This document shows positions 23,201-36,647 of a DNA stretch of 64,000 nt, piece by piece. The notes under the pieces were generated by a model, which did not search any database, was not told the DNA's origin, and saw nothing but the letters and a program-made list of their open reading frames with translations. Within the stretch, counting starts at the first letter, position 1. Every line of letters begins with the position of its first letter. Source of the stretch: Macrostomum lignano (Eukaryota); the NCBI GenBank assembly GCA_002269645.1, contig NIVC01000598.1:346286-410285 (forward strand). The letters run 5' to 3'. A program made the position numbers and the translations under genes.

Positions 23201-25549
23201 CACGGTATGGAATGGCTTGAGGGCTAGCAGGAGAGTGTGACGACAAGAAATCAATGTGCAAATGTTGTTTGTGTGCAAAGCGCAGAGCATCTCAGGACTG
23301 TGCACAGTTTACAAGATATAAAAATTCTGGGACTAGGAAGGTTTGCAACTCCGTATGTCTACGGCAACTAAATTTGCCACCTCGCTCACAATCGCTGCTT
23401 GGAGGGTTGACTCAAACAGAGTCCTATTCAGCTATGTACTAACCACAGCCAACTATGCATAACTTGCAGGTGCTGGCAAAAAATGCCAGGTTAGGGTTAA
23501 GGTCGGCAGGTGATTGTCATTGACCCACCCCTCCCCAAAAAAATCCGCTTGCAGAACCCAGATATCGAATAAGGGTCAGGTCAGCTGTCGGCGATGTCAG
23601 ATGGCGTCAGTCGACTAAGAGAGGGTCAGGCTAGACGTATCAAAAGTTGTTTGTCAGTGCCATTGACGGGCTGGTTTGAAGGAGGTCACGGAACTTGCGA
23701 ACAGAAATTGGGAAGAATTTTTAAACTTTTTCTAAGTTCTGAGTTCTGTTTTGTTTGCTGTAGATAAGAGCCAAGTGATGACGTGAACCATTCATTGCCC
23801 TCAGCGAACTTGGCGACAAACACACTTGCAATTCGTCTGCTTGTCACATTTGACTGGCAATTTTAAGAACCGCAGATTATTACCAACGAGCGTGAAAGCT
23901 TTTCAGACACGAAACGGTTTGAAATAATTGACTGCGACGCATCGCCAAACAGCAAAAAAATCACTTTGACAATTAATCAAAACAGCCAGGCAGCCTAATT
24001 GCGAGGTTTTTGTCATTTTGCTTCCGGATAATTAGCCCAAATTGGCTGCTGACAATTTGCTGTGGTTTACATGCTCTAGAAGCTAAGGGACTTCTGTACG
24101 AGCATGTCAGATGTCTGCTGACATCCCACAGCTTCCACTGAACAATTACCAGGTCCGGCGTCATCAGACATGCGAACCGCACATTTCCATTCCTGAGCGG
24201 CAGCATTGCATCTCATGCACTATCGGAGCAGTCAGGGCGCCAACGAAGAGACGAGCAGTCATGGCCATTCCGCCGGACCCTGAGCACACACGGACACAGA
24301 TGCGTCCATAGGTACAATCATGTTCGCACTCTTAGCAGATCTGCCTCTTCAACAAACTGCAAAACGGGAGCTCACCTGCAGATAGCAGTCAACGCATTCA
24401 AAGTTGTCGGGTCCCCATTCGTTGTCCAAGTAGACAGACATCTCCACCAATGTCGTATCGTTCCGCAATGACTCGGCAATGTCCAGAGTGAAGCAGTTCA
24501 GAAAGCTGGCATGCCTGAACGCGTGAAAAGTGCCCGCCGACACGTCCGCTCTGCCGGGCCCGTAGTCAGGCGAGCAGAAGAACTGATTCCTGGCGCTGCC
24601 GTTCCTTATAACTGCCCGACAATCCAGCACGAAGTCCTGGAGCCGATGACCCAAGTTCAGGCTGTCATTTTTTGGCAGGCTTTCCAGGAAAGCGGCAAGA
24701 CCGAACGACCCGGAGAAACTGTAGTAAATGTGCTTTGTACTTTCGTTTCTATAGTACAAATGGCGGGTGAGGCCTTCCACGGACCTGGAAAAAATACAAA
24801 TGATCGCAGGAGGTCTGCATGCATCCTGGCGCAACGCTTACGGCGACAGGGTCCCGCAGTGAGCACTGAGGCCATTCTGCCTATTTCGCTGACCCCTGAG
24901 CACAGACAAGCGCGCAGGCACACCCTCATACACACGCTCACACAGGGTGTACAGCGGCCCTGACTTTCTAATCGTCAGGCATGTACATTCTCTGTGACTT
25001 GGGGGCTGGGCCTTCATGGGGGTAAATCGCACAACCCTCGGGGCAATTCTGGTGCACAAGCCACACATGAATGTGACCGCACACGGATTCGAACCATGGG
25101 TTGTGGCGCAAGAGTCAGACGCGTTCACCGCTGCCCTGTTCTGCCCCTACGAACCTGGAGAACTGTCTGGGGTTCTTCCAACCCAGCTGGCTCAGCAGGT
25201 CTTTGCCAGGCGTTGACAGAGGCCGCATGTTGCAGATGGTCAACGAAGGGAACGGCGAGCTGGCGTCCTTGAGCACCCGTGGCGGGTGCATGACATCGTA
25301 CTCGAGAAACTGGTTAACCAAGAAGGTGAGGCACAGCAGGCAGCTCACAAACAACGCCAGAACGGACACCAGCCAGAGAGTGCGGATGCGTCGAGAGTCC
25401 GACTTCACTATGCGCGGCAGGCCGCGGATGGTTGTGTTCTGGCAGAAGCGGATGAACTCCCGGCGAAGTTCGACACCCGCGGCTGAGCTTTGAATGTCCC
25501 GACGATCGGGACAGCTTTCCAGGCGGTTCTGGCGCCTGCGGATGGACAT
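20226..25549 (-). CDS. DEG/ENaC (amiloride-sensitive channel/ASIC/FaNaC superfamily) subunit; exons 25549-25155, 24784-24376, 23158-22508, 20606-20226; about 611 aa
   Basis: Has pre-TM1 [15 protein letters not shown]1 [31 protein letters not shown], a Cys-rich thumb ([16 protein letters not shown]...CTLPC), WPT, and TM2 [25 protein letters not shown]. Junctions are GT-AG with matching phases 2,0,0. Subfamily cannot be assigned without a tree. Confidence 0.93.
20648..21320. repeat. 21-bp minisatellite (GTGCGATTCTCATGGGGTGGT)n
   Basis: Direct reading; 3' part of DEG/ENaC intron 3. Confidence 0.95.
21612..22486. repeat. Degenerate (CTCAGTGTCTGTGT/CAGTGT)n repeat
   Basis: Direct reading; starts about 20 nt inside the donor of DEG/ENaC intron 3. 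Confidence 0.9.
24990..25147 (-). mobile_element. tRNA-derived SINE-like element, copy 2, in DEG/ENaC intron 1
   Basis: Reads GGGGCAG..., A-box-like AGGGCAGCGG, perfect B box GGTTCGAATCC (25095-25085) with a paired T-stem, then GTGTGCGGTCACATT. The acceptor stem does not pair. The 3' boundary is uncertain. Confidence 0.55.
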
Positions 25550-26099
25550 TTTATGGTGCAGCTGCGGCTGACGAGGATATCAAGCTATGCTGAGACGAAG
25601 GGAGGCAGCCGCGGGCTCTAATAAATGTAAATAGCTGTCTGCTCCCAGCGATTTTATTGGACCTTTGGTCCGCCGGTTTAATCTGGAATGATTGGCTGCG
25701 GTGCGGGTGCCAGTTTCCGCAGCAGGAGTTTCAAACACGCACACTCACTCACTGTCTAATATGCAATTAGAAAATTTCACAGAGGGCCAATTAGTTGATA
25801 AAAAAATTGAAAAATCCATCCAGCTCGTAAATTTCGCAGTTAAAACCGGCTTCCAAGTGGAATTTTCTCGATTTCCTTAATTCCCTGTTTCTAACAGTTT
25901 TATAGGATTGGATTAGCGGAGATTTATCGTCGATCTTCATTCCAGCTCCTTGCTGCACCAAGCGCTGAGGTGCCTAAACCTCCAGCTAGCGGCATCCGGT
26001 CCTTCAATATGATAAAATACTTCGTAGACCTTTAGTCTCCGCTTTGACAGATGCGGAGTAGAAATACAAAGCAGCGCCAAAAGCTGTCGAAAGAGGGCA

Positions 26100-27530
26100 G
26101 ACTTCTCTCCTGACAGTCTTCTCTTCTGACAGCCTTCTCTCCTGACAGCCTTCTCTCCTGACAGCCTTCTATCCTGACAGCCTTCTATCCTGACATCCTT
26201 CTAGCTTGACATCCTTCTAGCCTGACACCCTTCTAGCCTGAGGTCTTTCTAGCCTGACATCAGCCGAGGTGATGTCTTCGTTCAGACGCTTGCAGAAATG
26301 ACGTGGTGCGGCGTTGTTGGGCAAATGGGGAGCTACGTTTTGTAGTGAAAAGTCTCTGGAGGAAGCCATGACTAGTTATGACCATGCACATCTCTCTGAG
26401 GTCTGTAGTTTTACTTAAGAAGATCATGTATTCGGATACTTACCGGTTTATTGCAGGCATCACAGCACGAGTTTGCCGATATTCGGAGCAGCTGTTCCAG
26501 TGCAGCGGGTGTTGGTGGCTCGGCAAATTTTGTATGGCACGGTTTTTCGGGGCTGGACGCTCTGGACGGAAGGACGAGCGGTGCGCACTGCCCGTGGTGT
26601 TGATATCCTCCTAGCCTGACATCCCTCTAGCCTGACATCCCTTTAGCCTGACATCCCTTTAGCCTGACATCCCTTTAGCCTGACATCCCTTAGCCTGATA
26701 TCCCTCAAGCCTGACATCCCTCTAGCCTGACATCCCTCAAGCCTGACATCCTTCTAGCCTGACATCCCTCAAGCCTGACATCCTCCTAGCCTGACATCCC
26801 TCTAGCCTGACATCCCTCCAGCCTGACATCCCTCAAGCCTGACATCCTCCTAGCCTGACATCCTCCTAGCCTGACATCCCTCTAGCCTGACATCCCTTTA
26901 GCCTGACATCCCTTTAGCCTGACATCCCTTTAGCCTGACATCCCTTAGCCTGATATCCCTCAAGCCTGACATCCCTCCAGCCTGACATCCCTCTAGCCTG
27001 ACATCCCTCTAGCCTGACATCCCTCTAGCCTGACATCCCTCTAGCCTGACATCCCTCCAGCCTTACATCCCTCAAGCCTGACATCCTGCTAGCCTGACAT
27101 CCTCCTAGCCTGACATCCTCCTATCCTGACATCCCTCTAGCTCGACACCCTTCTAGCCTGACGTCCTTCTAGCCTGACATCCTCTGAGCCTGACATCCTC
27201 CTGGCCTGACATCCTCCGAGCCTGATAGCCTGACAACCCTACCTCTATAACCCTAGCTCCAACCTGACAGCCATTATTTAGCCTGACAACCCTACCTCTA
27301 TAACCCTAGCTCCAACCTGACAGCCATTATTTAGCCTGACAACCCTACCTGTATAACCCTAGCTCCAACCTGACAGCCATTATTTAGCCTGACAACCCTA
27401 CCTGTATAACCCTAGCTCCAACCTGACAGCCATTATTTAGCCTGACAACCCTACCTGTATAACCCTAGCTCCAACCTGACAGCCATTATTTAGCCTGACA
27501 ACCCTACCTGTATAACCCTAGCTCCAACCT
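26100..27530. repeat. AGCCTGACA-core repeat complex: 16-mers at 26100-26260 and 26605-27235, about 53-mers at about 27230-27530
   Basis: Direct reading of (AGCCTGACATCCCTCT)n, then (AGCCTGACAACCCTACCTGTATAACCCTAGCTCCAACCTGACAGCCATTATTT)n. Confidence 0.9.
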
Positions 27531-28304
27531 CGCAAGCCTCTGAACTGGCACCTGTCCTAAAGCAACCTGGAGAATGTCTCTGCCAATCTGATTAGTGCAT
27601 CGGTGAGAAACCGCAACTCGCTGACTGCAATCAGCAGTCACAGCTCAAGCTGCTCCTTGCTCACCAGTTATTCGTGCTGACGGACAAGACAAGATGCTAT
27701 TCTTAGCAAAAAGGACACCTTGATGCAATTAGAGAATCAGTGGCTGGCCTTGGGACAATCAGCATAATTTCATTACTGGTCTCATAATTAACTTTGGTCA
27801 ATTCAATTTAGAAAGGTGAGGCCGTTATCAACTTTTCTCGAAGGCAAAAGTAGAGATGCGATAGAAAGGAGCGGGACCAGTGATATTCAAATAGATGCTG
27901 GAATCGAGACGAGATGGATAGAGCTGAGATTAGATGTAAGAAACGGGAAGAGACAGGAGAGACGGCGGAATAAATTGGATAGATGAGGCTGGGTGGGAGA
28001 TATGTGATTAGATTTGAGAGATGTGACTAGATGAGAGACATGAGACTAGGTAGGAGAGATGAGACTAGTTAGTGTTAGATTATTGACAAGATTCAGTGTG
28101 TAAGGCTAGTCAAAAAACTCTTAGGGCTCAGACCGGCCCAGCCCCGACTTATATATTTAACTAAGCGAGCGATGTACATTGTAGAACGTACACAAAGCCA
28201 GTGCGCATAAATGAAGCAATTTAGCATCATTGAATGGATGGATTGAGCTCTCAGTAAAACCAAATCACCCGATACATCGATACACAATGCAATACACAAC
28301 AGTT

Positions 28305-30150
28305 AGTAGAGATGTGACTAGATGGGAGACGTGTGACTAGGTAGGATAGATGTGACTAGATGGGAGACGTGTGACTAGGTAGGATAGATGTGACTAGATG
28401 GGAGACGTGTGACTAGGTAGGATAGATGTGACTAGATGGGAGACGTGTGACTAGGTAGGATAGATGTGACTAGATGGGAGACGTGTGACTAGGTAGGATA
28501 GATGTGACTAGATGGGAGACGTGTGACTAGGTAGGATAGATGTGACTAGATGGGAGACGTGTGACTAGGTAGGATAGATGTGACTAGATGGGAGACGTGT
28601 GACTAGGTAGGATAGATGTGACTAGATGGGAGACGTGTGACTAGGTAGGATAGATGTGACTAGATGGGAGACGTGTGACTAGGTAGGATAGATGTGACTA
28701 GATGGGAGACGTGTGACTAGGTAGGATAGATGTGACTAGATGGGAGACGTGTGACTAGGTAGGATAGATGTGACTAGATGGGAGACGTGTGACTAGGTAG
28801 GATAGATGTGACTAGATGGGAGACGTGTGACTAGGTAGGATAGATGTGACTAGATGGGAGACGTGTAACTAGGTAGGAGAGATGAGACTAGATGGGAGAC
28901 GTGTGACTAGGTAGGATAGATGTGACTAGATGGGAGACGTGTAACTAGGTAGGAGAGATGAGACTAGATGGGAGACGTGTGACTAGGTAGGATAGATGTG
29001 ACTAGATGGGAGACGTGTGACTAGGTAGGATAGATGTGACTAGATGGGAGACGTGTGACTAGGTAGGATAGATGTGACTAAATGGGAGACGTGTGACTAG
29101 GTAGGAGAGATGAGACTAGATGGGAGACGTGTGACTAGGTAGGATAGATGTGACTAGATGGGAGACGTGTAACTAGGTAGGAGAGATGAGACTAGATGGG
29201 AGACGTGTGACTAGGTAGGATAGATGTGACTAGATGGGAGACGTGTGACTAGGTAGGATAGATGTGACTAGATGGGAGACGTGTGACTAGGTAGGATAGA
29301 TGTGACTAGATGGGAGACGTGTAACTAGGTAGGAGAGATGAGACTAGATGGGAGACGTGTGACTAGGTAGGATAGATGTGACTAGATGGGAGACGTGTAA
29401 CTAGGTAGGAGAGATGAGACTAGATGGGAGACGTGTGACTAGGTAGGATAGATGTGACTAGATGGGAGACGTGTAACTAGGTAGGAGAGATGAGACTAGA
29501 TGGGAGACGTGTGACTAGGTAGGATAGATGTGACTAAATGGGAGACGTGTGACTAGGTAGGAGAGATGAGACTAGATGGGAGACGTGTGACTAGGTAGGA
29601 TAGATGTGACTAGATGGGAGACGTGTGACTAGGTAGGATAGATGTGACTAGATGGGAGACGTGTGACTAGGTAGGATAGATGTGACTAGATGGGAGACGT
29701 GTAACTAGGTAGGAGAGATGAGACTAGATGGGAGACGTGTGACTAGGTAGGATAGATGTGACTAGATGGGAGACGTGTAACTAGGTAGGAGAGATGAGAC
29801 TAGATGGGAGACGTGTGACTAGGTAGGATAGATGTGACTAAATGGGAGACGTGTGACTAGGTAGGAGAGATGAGACTAGATGGGAGACGTGTGACTAGGT
29901 AGGATAGATGTGACTAGATGGGAGACGTGTGACTAGGTAGGATAGATGTGACTAGATGGGAGACGTGTGACTAGGTAGGATAGATGTGACTAGATGGGAG
30001 ACGTGTGACTAGATAGGAGAGATGTGACTAGATGGGAGACGTGTGACTAGGTAGGAGAGTTGAGACTAGGTGCAAGAGATGGGACTAGATGGGAGAGATA
30101 AGACTAGATAGGAGATGAAACTGGATGATAGAGATGAGACTACTAGATAG
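28305..30150. repeat. 38-bp satellite built from two 19-bp halves (GTGACTAGATGGGAGACGT GTGACTAGGTAGGATAGAT)n
   Basis: Direct reading; variant units (GTAACTAGG..GAGAGATGAGAC) recur in the right half. Confidence 0.97.
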
Positions 30151-30499
30151 GAGAGATGAAACGATATGGAAAAATAAGAAATAAGGTGAGATGGAAGAAC
30201 TGCATACACCATACCTTCATGTTCATTGCTTGTATATTCCAGTTTACGAGCTATATTGCACAGAAACATACTGGACTTATTAGAGAAATTAGAGGGGGGC
30301 ACTGCCTCCCGCTTGGCCTAGGCCTGAGATGTGAACATCTTAATACAAAAATTATGGACCATTTCTATTTAAGATACTACTGCCAAAAGTAGACAGTAAA
30401 GACCTCAGGCTCTGAAACTTTTTTAAAGTCCAGCAGGCAGAAAGATATGAGTTGCCCCTTGTCCCTGTGGATTCACTCAGCCATTGATAACTCAGAAAA

Positions 30500-30975
30500 A
30501 CCCTCAGACCTGCCCCAATACCCCAGAGACCTGCCGCAATACCCCAGAGAACTGCCGCAATACCCCCCAGACACCTGCCCCAATACTTCCAGACACCTGC
30601 CCTAATACTCCCAGACACCTGCCCAAATACCCCCAGAAAGCTGCCCCAATACCCGCAGGCACGTGCCCCAATACTCCCAGACACCTGCCCCAATACCCCC
30701 AGACACCTGCCCCGATACCCGCAGGCACCTGCCCCAATACCCGCAGACACCTGCCCCAATACTCCCAGACACCTGCCCCAATACTCCTAAACACCTGCCC
30801 CAATACCCGAAGACACCTGCCCCAATACTCCCAAACACCTGCCCCAATACCCGCAGACACCTGCCCCAATACCCCCAGACACATGCCCCGATACCCCCAG
30901 ACACCTGCCCCAATACCCGCAGCCACCTGCCCCAATACTCCCAGACACCTGCCCCAATACCTCCAGACACCTGCT
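30500..30975. repeat. Minisatellite (CAGACACCTGCCCCAATACYC)n
   Basis: Direct reading. Confidence 0.9.
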
Positions 30976-31429
30976 CGCAACAACAATCCTTTTGTAAAGT
31001 CCAAAGCTAAGTCTAGCATTGGCTTAATACCCAAAAATCCCCCCCAAGTTATTCAAAACTCTAATCCGGCATCAACTTTCAGTTTTTAAAAAATCGTCTG
31101 GTTATTTTAGCGTCGTTCAAAGCGATAGAAATAAAAAACATGGAGGCAAAATTTTGTCAAACATCTGGAAAGCATATTTAATGGGCTCCGAGGGAAGCGA
31201 ATGAAATAAATTCATTTCTACTCCCCTCCCTCCCCCAGCCGCTCTCCTCAGGTTGCTGGCTAGCTTTCCTGCTCTGCGTTGTCAGCAGCATTGGATCTCG
31301 CTAGGATCCTCATCGCCTTTGAAATTTGATATGCTTTGCAATTGTAGCATCAACAAAATCAGCGCTTCATTTGTACCCACTGTCCTGCTTCTGCGCATTT
31401 TTACAGCCATTTGTAGCATGATGCCTCTG

Positions 31430-31910
31430 GCCTGACAGTCCTGACAACCCTCCAGCCTGACAACCCTCCAGCCTGACAACCCTCCAGCCTGACAACCCTC
31501 CAGCCTGACAACCCTCCCTCCAGCCTGACAACCCTCCAGCCTGACAACCCTCCAGCCTGACAACCCTCCAGCCTGACAACCCTCCAGCCTGACAACCCTC
31601 CAGCCTGACAACCCTCCAGCCTGACAACCCTCCAGCCTGACAACCCTCCAGCCTGACAACCCTCCAGCCTGACAACCCTCCAGCCTGACAACCCTCCAGC
31701 CTGACAACCCTCCAGCCTGACAACCCTCCAGCCTGACAACCCTCCAGCCTGACAACCCTCCAGCCTGACAACCCTCCAGCCTGACAACCCTCCAGCCTGA
31801 CAACCCTCCAGCCTGACAACCCTCCAGCCTGACAACCCTCCAGCCTGACAACCCTCCAGCCTGACAACCCTCCAGCCTGACAACCCTCCAGCCTGACAAC
31901 CCTCCAGCCT
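31430..31910. repeat. Highly homogeneous 16-bp minisatellite (CAGCCTGACAACCCTC)n
   Basis: Direct reading; same core as the 26-27.5 kb complex. Confidence 0.97.
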
Positions 31911-32332
31911 CGGGTAAAAACTTTCTAACTGGGTAGATTAAATGTCTCTAAATATAGGTAATTACTTCATTGTATACTTTTACAGAAATAATAGTAAAAA
32001 TGCCTGAAAACTATCACTAGAGCCAATTGTCACAACATTTCCAAGAATTTGCTTGGAATCTGCGGTATAAATTAAGTTTTTTTACTCTGACAGCAAAAAC
32101 ACACGGGAAAGTGTAGTTTTCTGCAACTCCCGTGCCGGACTTGATTTAGGAACGGAACGGCAGAGTCCGGCTGTCTGCCCGGTCCTCTCTGCCGACTAAA
32201 AGCAATAACCTGCTGGAAGCGGGAAATTCTGCCCGCAGTGTCACAGCACTCGCTTTGACACAGGCGCTACAACACTGCTCCCCTTTGGCACTCCTCTCCT
32301 CATCTATTGTCTCCGGTCGTAGCCCACACTCT

Positions 32333-33810
32333 CCCTGCTTCACTCTCACCTCTGCTTCACTCTCACCTCTGCTTCACTCTCACCTCTGCTTCACTCTCAC
32401 CTCTGCTTCACTCTCACCTCTGCTTCACTCTCACCTCTGCTTCACTCTCACCTCTGCTCCACTCTCACCTCTGCTTCACTCTCACCTCTGCTTCACTCTC
32501 ACCTCTGCTTCACTCTCACCTCTGCTTCACTCTCACCTCTGCTTCACTCTCACCTCTGCTTCACTCTCCCCTGCTTCACTCTCACCTCTGCTTCACTCTC
32601 ACCTCTGCTTCACTCTCACCTCTGCTTCACTCTCACCTCTGCTTCACTCTCACCTCTGCTTCACTCTCACCTCTGCTTCACTCTCACCTCTGCTCCACTC
32701 TCACCTCTGCTTCACTCTCACCTCTGCTTCACTCTCACCTCTGCTTCACTCTCACCTCTGCTTCACTCTCACCTCTGCTCCACTCTCACCTCTGCTCCAC
32801 ACTCACCTCTGCTTCACTCTCACCTCTGCTTCACTCTCACCTCTGCTTCACTCTCACCTCTGCTTCACTCTCACCTCTGCTTCACTCTCACCTCTGCTTC
32901 ACTCTCACCTCTGCTTCACTCTCACCTCTGCTTCACTCTCACCTCTGCTTCACTCTCACCTCTGCTCCACTCTCACCTCTGCTTCACTCTCACCTCTGCT
33001 TCACTCTCACCTCTGCTTCACTCTCACCTCTGCTTCACTCTCACCTCTGCTTCACTCTCACCTCTGCTCCACTCTCACCTCTGCTTCACTCTCACCTCTG
33101 CTTCACTCTCACCTCTGCTTCACTCTCACCTCTGCTTCACTCTCACCTCTGCTCCACTCTCACCTCTGCTCCACACTCACCTCTGCTTCACTCTCACCTC
33201 TGCTTCACTCTCACCTCTGCTTCACTCTCACCTCTGCTTCACTCTCACCTCTGCTTCACTCTCACCTCTGCTTCACTCTCACCTCTGCTCCACTCTCACC
33301 TCTGCTTCACTCTCACCTCTGCTTCACTCTCACCTCTGCTCCACTCTCACCTCTGCTTCACTCTCACCTCTGCTTCACTCTCACCTCTGCTTCACTCTCA
33401 CCTCTGCTTCACTCTCACCTCTGCTCCACTCTCACCTCTGCTCCACACTCACCTCTGCTTCACTCTCACCTCTGCTTCACTCTCACCTCTGCTTCACTCT
33501 CACCTCTGCTTCACTCTCACCTCTGCTTCACTCTCACCTCTGCTTCACTCTCACCTCTGTTTCACTCTCACCTCTGCTCCACTCTCACCTCTGCTTCACT
33601 CTCACCTCTGCTTCACTCTCACCTCTGCTTCACTCTCACCTCTGCTTCACTCTCACCTCTGCTTCACTCTCACCTCTGCTCCACACTCACCTCTGCTTCA
33701 CTCTCACCTCTGCTTCACTCTCACCTCTGCTTCACTCTCACCTCTGCTTCACTCTCACCTCTGCTTCACTCTCACCTCTGCTTCACTCTCACCTCTGCTT
33801 CACTCTCACC
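32333..33810. repeat. 17-bp minisatellite (CTCTGCTTCACTCTCAC)n
   Basis: Direct reading. Confidence 0.97.
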
Positions 33811-34290
33811 TCCCCCACTGTCACCTTCCCTTTCAACTCTTCCTTTTGGAGCAGCCGCTTCCCAATAGGCCAAGAGTTAACGTACGGAGAAGTTGTCCCC
33901 GCCTCAGGATTGGCTAGTAGCAAGCCAGAGAAAAATCTCCCAGCCCTGCTAAGTCTTTTCCCCATCTCCCCCCGCGTTGCCCCACCCAGTCTTTCTAAGA
34001 AAATAAGGTGAGAAACGTGGCAGCTATAACAAAAAATACTCTTTGCAAAGAATATCCTTGGCAATTCAGCTTTAGTTCTGCTCTTCTCTCATCATTGAGT
34101 CGCCTTTAGGCCTTTGACACAAAAGGACTAGCTATCATCTGATACAGGTGAGAGTTAAGGCTTGTGTTATCTTTATAACTTGTATACCGTATCATATACA
34201 GTAACGGAGGTAGACAAAGGAAAACAGAAAGTGACAGAGGGACACACGGAGAGAGGACAGAGGGTAAAAGGGAGTGACAGTGGGAGACAC

Positions 34291-34291
<1 letters not shown>

Positions 34292-34378
<87 letters not shown>

Positions 34379-34668
34379 AAGAGAGAGGGAGACAGAAGGA
34401 GAGAGGGAGACAGAAGGAGAGAGGGAAACAGAAGGAGAGGGGGAGACAGAAGGAGAGAGGGAGACAGAAGGAGAGAGGGAAACAGAAGGAGAGAGGAAGA
34501 CAGAAGGAGAGAAGGAGACAGAAGGAGAGAGGGAGACAGAAGGAGAGAGGGAGACAGAAGGAGAGAGGGAAACAGAAGGAGAGAGGGAAACAGAAGGAGA
34601 AAGGGAGACAGAAGGAGAGAGGGAAACAGAAGGAGAGAGGGAGACAGAAGGAGAGAGGGAGACACAGG
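34292..34668. repeat. (GA)n microsatellite followed by an 18-bp repeat (GAGAGAGGGAGACAGAAG)n
   Basis: Direct reading. Confidence 0.95.
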
Positions 34669-35154
34669 AGATATATATATATATATATAGTGAGAGGGGG
34701 AGACAAATAGAAATAGTGGGAGGGAGGCCTTCATACAGCGTTGCATCCCGTCCGCCATAGAAGGCTGCTAACTGCAGGTGGCGCAGATAAAGAGCATAAA
34801 CTGGGCGACCCTGGATACAGGCATTGCTGCTGATAAAAACTGCGTGAAGAATCAGAGACATGGCACGCAGACAGTTCGCCAGTCAGACAGTCACCGATTT
34901 CTCGAATCGAAACTTAATCCCAGACTCAGTTCGTGACAGCAGCAAGAGCACATTGTGCCCTCAGCCAGAACTCTCTTCTGCAGGGAGCGGGGAGCAGGCG
35001 CCGGCTCCAACTTACCCGCGGGGTGTGCAGAGCTGAGTTACCCAAAAAAGTACACCTGAACATCCTGTTTGCGTGAAGTTGAAGTGATGCTGGTAAACTT
35101 GAATAATACTGGTAACTGCATGGGATAAAAAGCTGGTAAACAAGAATGCTTATT

Positions 35155-36085
35155 GGGTAAACTAGAATATCTATGGGGTAAACTAGAATATCTATGAGGT
35201 AAACTAGAGTATCTATGGGGTAAACTAGAAAATCTACTGGATAAACTAGAATATCTATAGGATAAACTAGAATATCTATGGGGTAAACTAGAATATCTAT
35301 AGGATAAACTAGAATATCTATGGGGTAAACTAGAATATCTATGGGGTAAACTAGAATATCTATGGGGTAAACTAGAATATCTATGGGGTAAACTAGAATA
35401 TCTATGGGGTAAACTAGAATATCTATGGGATAAACTAGAATATCTACTGGATAAACTAGAATATCTATGGGATAAACTAGAATATCTATGGGATAAACTA
35501 GAATATCTATGGGATAAACTAGAATATCTATGGGATAAACTAGAATATCTACTGGATAAACTAGAATATCTATGGGATAAACTAGAATATCTACTGGATA
35601 AACTAGAATATCTACTGGATAAACTAGAATATCTATGGGATAAACTAGAATATCTATGGGATAAACTAGAATATCTATGGGATAAACTAGAATATCTATG
35701 GGATAAACTAGAATATCTATGGGGTAGACTAGAATATCTATGGGATAAACTAGAATATCTAGCTCGTATGGGGTAAACTAGAATATCTATGGGGTAAACT
35801 AGAATATCTATGGGATAAACTAGAATATCTATGGGATAAACTAGAATATCTATGGGATAAACTAGAATATCTAGCTCGTATGGGGTAAACTAGAATATCT
35901 ATGGGGTAAACTAGAATATCTATGGGGTAAACTAGAATATCTATGGGGTAAACTAGAATATCTATGGGGTAAACTAGAATATCTATGGGGTAAACTAAAA
36001 TATCTAGGTGCATTAGGATAAACTAGAATATCTGCTGGATAAACTCGAATATCTTCTGGATGAACTAGAATATCTGCTGGTTAAA
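35155..36085. repeat. About 22-bp minisatellite (GGGTAAACTAGAATATCTATG)n
   Basis: Direct reading. Confidence 0.95.
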
Positions 36086-36647
36086 CTAGACCTCTAATTC
36101 TGAGACTACTATATACCAACACAGCGGTCCCCTGATTCAAGTGGCACAGTATCGACCGTAATGAGAGAGAGTAGCAGAGAAATGAAACGGGATAAAATAA
36201 AAGCGCTTCATTCTTCCTATAAAAGGAAGTTCCAGCACTGGGGTACGCAGGTATCGCTCTCAGCTCTAGCGGACTCGTTATCAAACACTATGGCAGAGTG
36301 TAGTGGAATTAAAAAAAAATTTGCCAGTCAAACAGGGCGAGTCCAGGAAGCCGGAACCTCTCAGTATAACGGAGAGCCGTTCGATTCAGACTCAAACAGG
36401 AAAGAAATTTGCAGCGCTGCCTAACAGTTTCATTTATGATTAATGCTCCATCCAAGTCCACGCGCGCGCGGACCCGCTGCCAGAAGCTTCCTCTTCCCGT
36501 CTCTGGGAGGAATTTGCAGTCCGTCCTGCCTCTTGGAACCGATGTTAAATAGGAATTTTTCATTAGTTAGATCGACTTGCTTCTCACGGGTTCTGTCTGA
36601 AGTTTCTATTTTCTGTTATTTAGACGTCTTTCGCGTGTTTGCGTAAA

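Noticed and set aside
23490-23502. Isolated GTTAGGGTTAAGG telomere-like motif
   Set aside because: Too short to be distinguished from chance.
17605-25147. Functional tRNA genes at 17687 and 25147
   Set aside because: The acceptor stems cannot pair; these are treated as SINE-like or pseudo copies.
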